DNA from: a bacterium
Lineage (GTDB): Bacteria; Lindowbacteria; 2-12-FULL-62-27
Assembly (NCBI GenBank): GCA_016202645.1
Contig: JACQOF010000127.1
Coordinates: 71,714-135,713 of the forward strand
Direction of reading: 5' to 3'
DNA: 64,000 bases
Shown here: in pieces, positions 35,232 through 42,981 of the stretch
How positions within the stretch are numbered: the stretch's first letter is position 1
How the letters are laid out: every line of letters begins with the position of its first letter
Translations under genes and position numbers: made by a program
The notes under the pieces: model-generated
What the model saw: only the letters and a program-made list of their open reading frames with translations
Told to the model about the DNA's origin: nothing
The model's database searches: none

Positions 35232-36186
35232 GACCCGAGCAGTCATGAAAAATCTTCGTTTGCCTGAAAAGGCCAAGGTCAACCTGATCGGGGGGTTTCT
35301 CGGATCGGGCAAGACCACGCTTCTTCGGCATTTCCTCTCGCGCCCGAAACTTTCCGAAAAAGTCGCGATCCTCGTCAACGAACTCGGCGCCATCGGCATC
35401 GACGGCCAGACCCTTGCCCGCAGCGGCGGGAACATGGTGGAACTTGCCAACGGATGCATCTGCTGTCAGATCTCGGAGGATCTGGTTTCGACCCTCGTCC
35501 AGATATTCGACACGCAAAAGCCGGACCGGATCCTGATCGAGTCAACGGGCGTGGCCGAGCCCGGCAAGATCCTGAACGTGCTCTATTCGGTCGAGCCGAT
35601 CCTCCGGCGGATGCGCGTTGATCCGACCATCATCGTCGTCGACGCGGGGGCATTCGAGCGGTTTAAGACCGCGCTCGCCTATCACTACGTCATGCAGATC
35701 AAATCCGCGGACGTGATTCTTCTGAACAAAATCGATCTCTCCAAGCCCAAGTCTCTCGCGAAGGTGGAGCGGGCGATCCGGGACCTGAACCCAAAGGCAT
35801 TCCTTCTCAGGACGGACCACTGCCGGGTGGACCTTCTGCGGCTCATCGAAGGAATTCCAGCGCAGACGCCGGCGGGAACCCCGGACGATCACGGCCACGA
35901 GCACACGGACGACGAATTTGAAAGTTTCGCCGTCACCGAAGACACCCCCTACGACCGGGGAAAACTGGAGGCCTTTCTGGCGAAGCTTCCGGACAACGTC
36001 TTCCGCGCAAAGGGCTTCGCGAAAACGCCGCAGGGCCGGCATCTGGTGAATTTCACCGCGGGCGAAGTCGAGTTCGAGGATATCCCGGCGAAAGAATTCC
36101 CGAAGCAGGCAGGGCTGGTGTTCATCGGCCGGCATCTCGACGAAAAGAAGTTGCGCGGGGCCTTGAAGAGATGTAAAGCTGGGTAA
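35227..36186 (+). CDS. COG0523-family GTPase metallochaperone (CobW/YjiA/ZigA-like)
   Basis: P-loop GGFLGSGKTTLL, the hallmark CICCQ (CxCC) motif, NKIDL, and a His/Asp-rich linker PDDHGHEHTDDE. ATG 35245 is an alternative start. Confidence 0.85.
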   Translation: MTTRAVMKNLRLPEKAKVNLIGGFLGSGKTTLLRHFLSRPKLSEKVAILVNELGAIGIDGQTLARSGGNMVELANGCICCQISEDLVSTLVQIFDTQKPDRILIESTGVAEPGKILNVLYSVEPILRRMRVDPTIIVVDAGAFERFKTALAYHYVMQIKSADVILLNKIDLSKPKSLAKVERAIRDLNPKAFLLRTDHCRVDLLRLIEGIPAQTPAGTPDDHGHEHTDDEFESFAVTEDTPYDRGKLEAFLAKLPDNVFRAKGFAKTPQGRHLVNFTAGEVEFEDIPAKEFPKQAGLVFIGRHLDEKKLRGALKRCKAG

Positions 36187-36219
36187 ACTATGCGGGCTCC
36201 CCAAGGAGGCGAATTTTCC

Positions 36220-36909
36220 ATGCTCAAAATCGGCGTCATTCTCAGCGGCTGCGGCGTCATGGACGGATCGGAAATCCACGAGTCGGTCCTGACGATCCTG
36301 GCCATTGACCGCGCCGGCGCGGAGGCGGTCTGTTTTGCGCCGGACAAAAACCAGAAACACGTGATCAACCATCTGACCCAGGCGGAATCCAGGGAAAGCC
36401 GGAATGTTCTGGCCGAATCGGCCCGGATCGCCCGCGGCAAAATTCAGGACCTGCGCAAGGCCACGGCAGACGGCCTCGACGCGGCGATCCTTCCCGGCGG
36501 ATACGGCGCCGCCAAGAACCTCTGTGATTTCGCGTTCAAAGGCCCCGACTGCGAGCTCGATCCGGACGTCCGGCAGATTCTGTCGGACCTGAACGCGGCC
36601 GGCAAGCCCATCGGAGCGATCTGTATTTCTCCGGCGGTCGTCGCGCGGGCGCTTGGATCCAAACATCCGAAACTCACCATCGGAACAGACCCCGGAACCG
36701 CCGGCGCGCTTGAAAAAATGGGCGCGAAGCACCAGGCCGCGCGGGTGGACGAGATTGTCGTGGATGAAGATCTCCGGATCGTCTCGACGCCCGCCTACAT
36801 GCTGGCGGGCCGCATCTCCGAGGCGGCCGCCGGCATCGAAAAGCTCGTGGCGGAAGTCGTGCGGCTGGCCAGGGTTGCCGGGCCGAAAAAAACGCCGGCC
36901 AGAGTGTAG
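36220..36909 (+). CDS. elbB: isoprenoid-biosynthesis glyoxalase ElbB (DJ-1/PfpI superfamily)
   Basis: MLKIGVILSGCGVMDGSEIHESV...LPGGYGAAKNLCDFA...GAICISP. RBS AAGGAGG upstream of ATG 36220. Confidence 0.8.
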   Translation: MLKIGVILSGCGVMDGSEIHESVLTILAIDRAGAEAVCFAPDKNQKHVINHLTQAESRESRNVLAESARIARGKIQDLRKATADGLDAAILPGGYGAAKNLCDFAFKGPDCELDPDVRQILSDLNAAGKPIGAICISPAVVARALGSKHPKLTIGTDPGTAGALEKMGAKHQAARVDEIVVDEDLRIVSTPAYMLAGRISEAAAGIEKLVAEVVRLARVAGPKKTPARV

Positions 36910-36922
36910 CGGCGCCGACGCC

Positions 36923-38077
36923 GTGCTCCACAAGCGCGCCGTTTTTCTCGATCGCGACGGGACCCTGCTGATTCCGCCGGAGGAGTATCTGGCGAAGGCC
37001 GACCAAGTCCGGTTTTATCCGGGCGTCCCGGAGGCGCTGGCGATCCTCAAGTCGAAAGGATTCCGGCGCGTGGTTGTCAGCAACCAGGCGGCCGTTGGCC
37101 GCGGCGTCATCAGTGAAATGAACGTGCTCCCGGTCCACAATCACATGAAGCGTCTCTTGTCGGAACGCGGCGCGGACCTCGACGCGATTTTATATTCGCC
37201 CTATTTCCCGGCCGCCGGCCATCCGGAACACCGCCGAAGACCCCAGGACCGCAAACCCGAACCGGGACTCTTCGAGGAAGCGGCGCGGATGTTTCGTCTG
37301 TCGCTCAAGGACAGTTTTGTCGTCGGCGACAGCCTTGTCGATCTTCAGTCCGCCCGCCGGATCGGCGCGCGCGGCGTGCTGGTCCTGACGGGCAAAGGCC
37401 CCGAGACACAGCGCGAGGCCGCCGCCGCCGGTGTTTCGCCCGATTTTGTCGCGGCGGACGTCCCGGCCGCGGCCGTTTGGATCTGCCGCCAAGTCCTCGA
37501 CCAGCCCCTCGCCGGAAAAAAAATCCTGTTCGTTCTGGCCGGCCGGGATTTTCAGGAAACCGAGTACCTCGTTCCCCGGCTGAATCTGGAGGCGTGGGGC
37601 GCGGAGGTCGATGTGGCCGGGCCCGGTCCTGGGCCGGACGAGTGCGTCGGAGGCGGCGGCCTGCGCGTGAAACCCGACGTCACCCACCAATCCGCCGACG
37701 CGGCGAAGTATGACGCGGTGGTTTTTGTGGGCGGCGGCGGCGCGCGATCCTTGAGCCGATGCGAATATTGTCGGGGCCTTGCGCGGAAGGCCTACGAATC
37801 GAAAAAAGTCGTCGCCGCCATCTGCGTGGCGCCGGCGATCCTCGCGGCCGAAAAACTTCTCTATCGCAAATCCGCCGTCGCATGGCATACTGAACTCTCG
37901 GAACTTCGCAAACAGGGCGCCCGGATTGTCCCGAGGGGCGTTGTGCGGGACGACTTGATCGTGACGGCCGCCGGCCCGCGAGATGCCGAACCCTTCGCAG
38001 ATGCCGTCCGGGCGGCGCTTCAAGGCGAACCGCAAATTGAAATGACGGTCGCGACCCGCGCCGTAAATCCCACGTGA
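36923..38077 (+). CDS. fusion protein: D,D-heptose 1,7-bisphosphate phosphatase (GmhB-type HAD-IIIA) + DJ-1/PfpI domain
   Basis: GTG 36923 start. HAD motifs FLDRDGTL, VVSNQ, RKPEPG and VGDSLVDL in the first ~185 aa. Then KKILFVLAGRDFQETEY...VVFVGGGG...VAAICVAPAIL, a DJ-1 nucleophile elbow. Confidence 0.7.
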   Translation: MLHKRAVFLDRDGTLLIPPEEYLAKADQVRFYPGVPEALAILKSKGFRRVVVSNQAAVGRGVISEMNVLPVHNHMKRLLSERGADLDAILYSPYFPAAGHPEHRRRPQDRKPEPGLFEEAARMFRLSLKDSFVVGDSLVDLQSARRIGARGVLVLTGKGPETQREAAAAGVSPDFVAADVPAAAVWICRQVLDQPLAGKKILFVLAGRDFQETEYLVPRLNLEAWGAEVDVAGPGPGPDECVGGGGLRVKPDVTHQSADAAKYDAVVFVGGGGARSLSRCEYCRGLARKAYESKKVVAAICVAPAILAAEKLLYRKSAVAWHTELSELRKQGARIVPRGVVRDDLIVTAAGPRDAEPFADAVRAALQGEPQIEMTVATRAVNPT

Positions 38078-38086
38078 GGTGACAAC

Positions 38087-38479
38087 ATGCAGGTGCGCAA
38101 ACAGCTTTCGATTTTCTTGAAAAATGAGCCGGGTGTCCTGGCCAAACTTACATCCGATCTCGCCGATCACCAGATCGACATTTTGGGCATGACCGTTTCC
38201 GACACCGTCGACCACGCCGTCGTGCGGCTGATGGCCTCCGACCCGGAAAAGGCCATCGACGTCCTGGAATCGGCGGGCCTCTTGGTGGTCGAGTCGGAAG
38301 TCCTGGTCGTGGACCTCACAAACCGCCGGGGCGCGCTGGAGGACTTCGCGGAGAAGCTGGCGAAGGCGCGTATTAATATAGAGTATGCGTATGGAACAGT
38401 GGGTTCGCGGGAGAAGAGAGGCGTTCTCATTGTGCGGGTTTCGGATACAAAGAAAGCCCTGAAAATTCTTCGTTCCTAG
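38087..38479 (+). CDS. tandem ACT-domain protein
   Basis: LSIFLKNEPGVLAKLTSDLADHQIDILGMTV and VLVVDLTNRRGALEDFAEKLAKARINIEYAY. Confidence 0.75.
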   Translation: MQVRKQLSIFLKNEPGVLAKLTSDLADHQIDILGMTVSDTVDHAVVRLMASDPEKAIDVLESAGLLVVESEVLVVDLTNRRGALEDFAEKLAKARINIEYAYGTVGSREKRGVLIVRVSDTKKALKILRS

Positions 38480-38487
38480 TCTGCGCC

Positions 38488-38543
38488 GTCATTCCCGCGA
38501 AAGCGGGAATCCAGAACTGGTTCCCCGCTTTCGCGGGGATGAC
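38488..38543. repeat. REP doublet with minimal spacer
   Basis: gtcattcccgcgaaagcgggaatccag-aa-ctggttccccgctttcgcggggatgac. The second hairpin carries a compensatory T:A to C:G change. Confidence 0.9.
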
Positions 38544-38615
38544 GGATGTAACGGGACTTAAGGAACACCACACTGGCACAACTGTATACTTATTTCTTGA
38601 TAGAAAATAAAAAAC

Positions 38616-38644
38616 TTGACTCAGATGGCCCTATTGGGGACAAT
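38616..38644 (+). promoter_or_regulatory. candidate sigma70 promoter TTGACT-17 nt-GACAAT with an A/T-rich UP-like tract
   Basis: TTGACT at 38616-38621 and GACAAT at 38639-38644, preceded by tatttcttgatagaaaataaaaaac. About 70 nt upstream of ATG 38719. Confidence 0.4.
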
Positions 38645-38718
38645 ATGTGCAGAACTAAGCTGACAAGGCACGGTTTATCCCGAGGCCGATCAGCCTCATC
38701 CGAAAGGAGGTGGCGCAT

Positions 38719-39006
38719 ATGTCCGGGACGATTCTTCTAGGGCTGGTGTGTTTGGTGATTCCGGTGATTTACAAACACGCGGGACTGGGAGTCCACAAGT
38801 ACATCAAGATCGTCGGCATGGCAGGGTTGTTTTTTCTATTGTCGGCGGTTTTTGGCGACGGCATCTGGATGCATGAGACCTTGGTGAAAATCGGGGTCCT
38901 CTGCCAGATGGGCACGTACTTTCTGGGCTTTCTGGGCTTGCTGATCGGAACACTGATGGGCACGCTTGATGTCATGTTCGACACAGGCGATGTCACCACC
39001 CACTAG
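38719..39006 (+). CDS. small membrane protein (3 TM)
   Basis: ATG 38719 lies 6 nt after AAAGGAGGTG. 95 aa, strongly hydrophobic. Confidence 0.6.
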   Translation: MSGTILLGLVCLVIPVIYKHAGLGVHKYIKIVGMAGLFFLLSAVFGDGIWMHETLVKIGVLCQMGTYFLGFLGLLIGTLMGTLDVMFDTGDVTTH

Positions 39007-39137
39007 GACCGATAACGCCCGGTAGGTGGAGACGAGGGATACTCCCATAACGCGACCCCGCGCGCCATGCATCCCGCGCCGGGGTACCAGGAACGGTCAT
39101 CCGTCGGAAAACGTCGGGGCCGGGCCTCACCCGAGGA

Positions 39138-39174
39138 AAAGGGTTCGCCACAAGAAACGGCGAACCCTTTTTTT
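39138..39174 (+). terminator. intrinsic terminator
   Basis: 12-bp perfect stem AAAGGGTTCGCC/GGCGAACCCTTT, 9-nt loop, T7 run. Confidence 0.8.
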
Positions 39175-39300
39175 GTGACCACAGGACCTGGGAACCTCGG
39201 CGCCCAAGACCGTCGCCACTTGGCGGATACGGCGAACGCCCCTTTCCTCAACGGCGGGCCGGCTTGATTTTTCGATCTCCTGTGAGAGGATGCCTGCCAG

Positions 39301-39696
39301 ATGTGGTGGATCCTCTACTTCTGCGTCTATTTGTCGGTGACGGTTCTCGCCGTGGTTGGGGTGTTCACGCTCCCCCAGTATTCGGCCCTCGCGTTCGGTC
39401 CCTATGAAGTTTTGGGGATATTTCTGAACCTGAGCCTGCTTTTTGCCACGTACGCCTACATTTTCACCCGGGGCATCTTCGAGGCCGGGTTCTGGAAATG
39501 CGCATTCTGGGGCGCAGTGTTTCTGATCATCGTGTGGCTTCTGGAACTGTTTGTACTTCCCCAGTATTACATGGCCATTCTGATGCCGATTCTCCAGACC
39601 CGCATGCCCATCAGCGATTTGGAACGAATCATCTGCCTGATCGTCGGCCTGCCGGCCCTGTACGCCATGTACCGGATGAGCCGAAGCCGCTCGTGA
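39301..39696 (+). CDS. small membrane protein (4 TM)
   Basis: 131 aa, hydrophobic, with an internal LPQY(S/Y) repeat. Converges on the RT gene with a 12-nt gap. Confidence 0.6.
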   Translation: MWWILYFCVYLSVTVLAVVGVFTLPQYSALAFGPYEVLGIFLNLSLLFATYAYIFTRGIFEAGFWKCAFWGAVFLIIVWLLELFVLPQYYMAILMPILQTRMPISDLERIICLIVGLPALYAMYRMSRSRS

Positions 39697-39708
39697 CTCC
39701 TTTTCGCC

Positions 39709-41580
39709 TTACAGGACCCGGGTTCTGGAAGGGAGAAGGGAGGCGGCGGCGTGGCGGGAGGGGGGAGCCAGGTGCGCGGCCAGGCGGGTGGGGGCGTGCA
39801 GGGCGAAGAGTGCGGCGCGGCGCGCGAAGAAGTCGCGTTCGGAGGCGGCGCGGTGCTGGAGGAGAGGGCGGACCCGTGGGTCACGGATCTGGCCGAGGAT
39901 GATGTAGAGGTATTTGCGGACCGCCGGGATTTTTTCGGCGCGGGCGGCGGCGAAGACCGCCGAGGGATTCAGCGTATGATAGCGGTCGATCCGGAGGATC
40001 GCTTCGAGGGATGCCAGCCTGATGAGCAAAGGGAATCCGGGATGAGCGGCGCGCCAGAGCGCGGGGATGGCGCGGATGGCGCCGAGTTCTCCGAGGGCCC
40101 ACGCGGCGCGGACGCGGACGAGGAGCGCGCGCCGGGACATGAGGGCTTCGAGGAACCGGTTCACGGCGTTGGGATCGGAGAGCAAGGCATTGGCCGAGAC
40201 AGACGGTTCGAGCGCCCAGGGGTGGTCGAGGAATTTTTGAAAGAATCCGCTTACCGGGACACAGTCAAACATCGAGAGGCGGATGGCATAAAAGCGAAGC
40301 ATGAAGATCGCGTGTTTGCGGCGGCGGTCGTCGGCGCGGCTGGAGTAGGGAATGCGTTTGGCGGCGGCGCGAAATCCCGCCGTCAGTTTGGCGCGGAGCC
40401 GGCCCACCGCGCGCGCGAAATCCGGATTTTGCCTGAGGAGCGACGCGCCCCAGGATCGGGCCGCCCCGTACGGCGATTCGATGTTCAGCCTCGGAAATCT
40501 CAAATGAAAGAAACCGTCCCAAGCATCCCGCGGCGGGTGCCGGCCACGGAGGCTCAAAAACTGCTGGGCGAGCCAGTCCGTCGAGACAAACAGTCCCGCC
40601 GCGCGGAGGCCCTGCGTGTAAGCGCGAAGGGTCCTGGCGGGGTGCCGCGCGTAGAGACTGAGAAATTCCGGCGGCACGTGGTACAGCGTGCGCGCGATGC
40701 GGTCGAAATCCTCCGAAAGGCCCACCCATGAGGCGGGGCTGTCCGGCCCGTTCAGCGCCGACGCCGACCGGCCGACTTCGGCTTTGCCGTGATGAGTCGG
40801 AAGGCCATAGTGTTCCCAAAGCCGCGCCCGCAGGCGTCTGAAGACGCCGAGAAGTTCCCGGCGGTTCCCGCCGAAGAGGTACATATCATCGACGTACCGG
40901 AAGTATCTGCCCCGGAGATTCCATGCGTTCAGGAGTTCCTCATCGAGAGACGCGAGGTAAACATTGGCAAGGCACCCGGAGATCGTCGGGCCCGCCGCAA
41001 GGTTCGGCCCGTCGGCCCACAGGAGCGACCGGAGGGCCAAAAAGATCGGGTCGCGCGGAAGAATTCCGGCGAGCGCGTCGATGAGTTGTCCCCGGCGGAT
41101 GTGCGGGTAAAATTTCCGGACGTCGGTTTTCACGTAATGCCGGTACCGCCGGCCCGCATCCCGCGCGGCGCCTTCGAACTGCCCCCAGGACGACCGCCAG
41201 TCGAGGAAGAGCCGGTCGGAGGAGTGAACGCCGCCGAGCCGGTTCCCAAACGAGGCGCGGCCGCTTCGGTCCATGCGGCCTTCAAGGACCGGCCGGGCGG
41301 CGAGGGCCAGCGCGACCGCGGCGACTTCATCCCGAAAATTGCGGTAGGCGTAGGGCCGGTTTTCGCCGGATTTTTTCGGCACCGGAAACCGGATGAGCGG
41401 GCCCCAGCGGTACCCGCGTTTCAGGTGGAGCGACAGAAGCCGGAGGTTGTCGAAAAGTCCCCACTCAAACAGCCGGATTTCGAGCGTGTCGTAATACGGC
41501 GATTCCCACTGCCACTGCCGCGCTTTGAGAAAGGCGGCGTAGAGATTGGCGGTGTGGGCGGCCCGGTCTAAAAGGGTCAG
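39709..41580 (-). CDS. reverse transcriptase with C-terminal HEAT/alpha-repeat domain (UG/Abi class-1-like architecture)
   Basis: RT motifs: FPVPKKSGENRP (1), NFRDEVAAV (2), YVKTDVRKFYPHI (A), LAAGPTISGCLANVYLASLD (B), YFRYVDDMYLFG (C) and HHGKAEV (E). C-terminal HEAT-like repeats VRVRAAWALGELGAIRAIPAL and IRDPRVRPLLQH. The track ORF starts at GTG 41382, inside motif 1. I extended it 66 in-frame codons (LTLLDRAAHTANLYAAFLKAR...LKRGYRWGPLIRFP) to CTG 41580. Confidence 0.8.
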   Translation of the reverse strand: MTLLDRAAHTANLYAAFLKARQWQWESPYYDTLEIRLFEWGLFDNLRLLSLHLKRGYRWGPLIRFPVPKKSGENRPYAYRNFRDEVAAVALALAARPVLEGRMDRSGRASFGNRLGGVHSSDRLFLDWRSSWGQFEGAARDAGRRYRHYVKTDVRKFYPHIRRGQLIDALAGILPRDPIFLALRSLLWADGPNLAAGPTISGCLANVYLASLDEELLNAWNLRGRYFRYVDDMYLFGGNRRELLGVFRRLRARLWEHYGLPTHHGKAEVGRSASALNGPDSPASWVGLSEDFDRIARTLYHVPPEFLSLYARHPARTLRAYTQGLRAAGLFVSTDWLAQQFLSLRGRHPPRDAWDGFFHLRFPRLNIESPYGAARSWGASLLRQNPDFARAVGRLRAKLTAGFRAAAKRIPYSSRADDRRRKHAIFMLRFYAIRLSMFDCVPVSGFFQKFLDHPWALEPSVSANALLSDPNAVNRFLEALMSRRALLVRVRAAWALGELGAIRAIPALWRAAHPGFPLLIRLASLEAILRIDRYHTLNPSAVFAAARAEKIPAVRKYLYIILGQIRDPRVRPLLQHRAASERDFFARRAALFALHAPTRLAAHLAPPSRHAAASLLPSRTRVL

Positions 41581-41987
41581 GATTTTTTCTTGGACCGCGG
41601 GCGCACGTCCCGTGCGGCTTTGAGGATGGCGGCGGGGGCGAAAGACTCTTCGAAGTTAAACACGCGCTCGAAATCCGCCGGGGTGTCTTCTTCGGTCTTG
41701 GTCATGAGACCCGCGTCGACAAGCGCGAACACGATGCGGCCGACCGTCTCGGTGTTGTCGACACCCCAAGCCTCAAGGACCTCCTTGGCCATGAGGCCGT
41801 ACTCCCGCGCGGCGAGGTCGCGGACGGCCTCGCAGAGTTCCTTCCCGGTGATGTGCCGGCGCCGCCGGAGCCGCCGGAGGGTGAACTCGAGGGCCGACAG
41901 CACGAACCCCAAGGCGTGGGGCCGCACGGCGCCTTTCAGCGCGTCGTTGGATATTTTTTCCAGCTGTTCGTAGGTGGTGGCTTTCAT
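41577..41987 (-). CDS. conserved hypothetical protein (resembles the PVC-group Minf_1886-type family)
   Basis: 136 aa. HITGKELCEAVRDLAAREYGLMAKEVLEAWGVDNTETVGRIVFALVDAGLM...DFERVF. ATGA overlap with rnhB and CTGA overlap with the RT gene. Confidence 0.55.
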   Translation of the reverse strand: MKATTYEQLEKISNDALKGAVRPHALGFVLSALEFTLRRLRRRRHITGKELCEAVRDLAAREYGLMAKEVLEAWGVDNTETVGRIVFALVDAGLMTKTEEDTPADFERVFNFEESFAPAAILKAARDVRPRSKKKS

Positions 41988-42661
41988 TCCTCGGGCACTA
42001 TATCTCCGGTTCCGGGATGATTCAAGTTGGATTCGGGCGGATCAACTTCATTTTTCAAGTTGGCGACCGTCCGCCACTTGAGCCGAACACAGGCGGGGAG
42101 GCGGTGCAGGGCCAGCCGGCATTTCAGAAGTTCCGCGCGGAGCCACCGTTTGGTGGCGGGGTCGGACGGATAGCCGGACCCGACGTCCCCCATCGCCGGC
42201 CGGAGTTCGTCCATCTGCCGGTCGCGGATGACCTTGGCGACGATCGACGCCGCCGAAACGATCAGGTGGTTCTCGTCGGCCTTCCATTCCGCCAGCACGT
42301 CGACCCCGGGGAATTTTTTTTGAATCCGCGCGGAAAGTTTGGCCGGCGGCAGAAACGCGTCGACGATGATCCGCCCGGGATTTAGTCTGGCCGCGAGCGC
42401 CGTCAGCCGGTCGAATTCAAGTTCGTTGAGGTTCCGCCCGCCGTTGATGTCCGCGGGCGTGACGATTTCATACGCGATCTGAAACCGGCCGGCTAGCCTT
42501 TCGAAAATCCGTTCCCGCGCTTTTCGGGTCAGCGCCTTGGAGTCGCGCACGCCGAGTTCCCGGAAAGGCTCGACGGTGTCGTCCTCGGCCAGGACGGCCC
42601 CCATCACCATCGGCCCGAGAACGGGACCGCGGCCGGCCTCATCGACTCCCATGATCCGCAT
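41984..42661 (-). CDS. rnhB: ribonuclease HII
   Basis: GVDEAGRGPVLGPMV, RDSK, ADENHLIVSAASIVAKV and GSGYPSD. Confidence 0.9.
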   Translation of the reverse strand: MRIMGVDEAGRGPVLGPMVMGAVLAEDDTVEPFRELGVRDSKALTRKARERIFERLAGRFQIAYEIVTPADINGGRNLNELEFDRLTALAARLNPGRIIVDAFLPPAKLSARIQKKFPGVDVLAEWKADENHLIVSAASIVAKVIRDRQMDELRPAMGDVGSGYPSDPATKRWLRAELLKCRLALHRLPACVRLKWRTVANLKNEVDPPESNLNHPGTGDIVPEE

Positions 42662-42675
42662 CCGGGCCGGGCCTC

Positions 42676-42981
42676 CTATTTCGACGCCGCCGGCGTTGGT
42701 TCGCGGATGGACTGGAGGGTCAGTTCCAGCCGGTCCGAGAGGCCCCGGAGGAAATCCTCCATCCGGTCGAGCCGGGTTTCCTGCTTCAGGCGGATCAATT
42801 CCTCCGCGATGTTCAGCCCCGCGAGGACGAGAGTCCGGTCGTTGGAGATCATCCCGAGATGTTCCGAAACGGTTTTGACTTTCCGTTCGAGCAGGACCGC
42901 CGCCGCGCGGACGCGGTCGGGGTTGCCGGAGGTTTCGAAGACGTGTTTTTTTCCGAGGATCATGACTTCAACGGCGGGCAT
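42676..42981 (-). CDS. zapA: cell division protein ZapA
   Basis: ATG 42981. VEVMILGKKHVFE...RVRAAAVLLERKVKTV...DRTLVLAGLNIAEELIRLKQE. Confidence 0.8.
   Translation of the reverse strand: MPAVEVMILGKKHVFETSGNPDRVRAAAVLLERKVKTVSEHLGMISNDRTLVLAGLNIAEELIRLKQETRLDRMEDFLRGLSDRLELTLQSIREPTPAASK

Noticed and set aside
38565-38585. TGGCAC at 38572-38577 as a sigma-54 promoter.
   Set aside because: The -12 element is TATAC rather than TTGC(A/T), at 5-nt spacing. The match covers only the -24 half.
39709-41580. The RT as a retron, DGR, group II intron or CRISPR-associated RT.
   Set aside because: There is no non-coding space for msr-msd or intron RNA domains, because the gene overlaps its upstream neighbour and ends 12 nt from the next gene. 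I saw no template/variable repeat pair, no maturase/En domain, and no cas genes or CRISPR array. This rests on visual inspection only; HMM classification is still needed.
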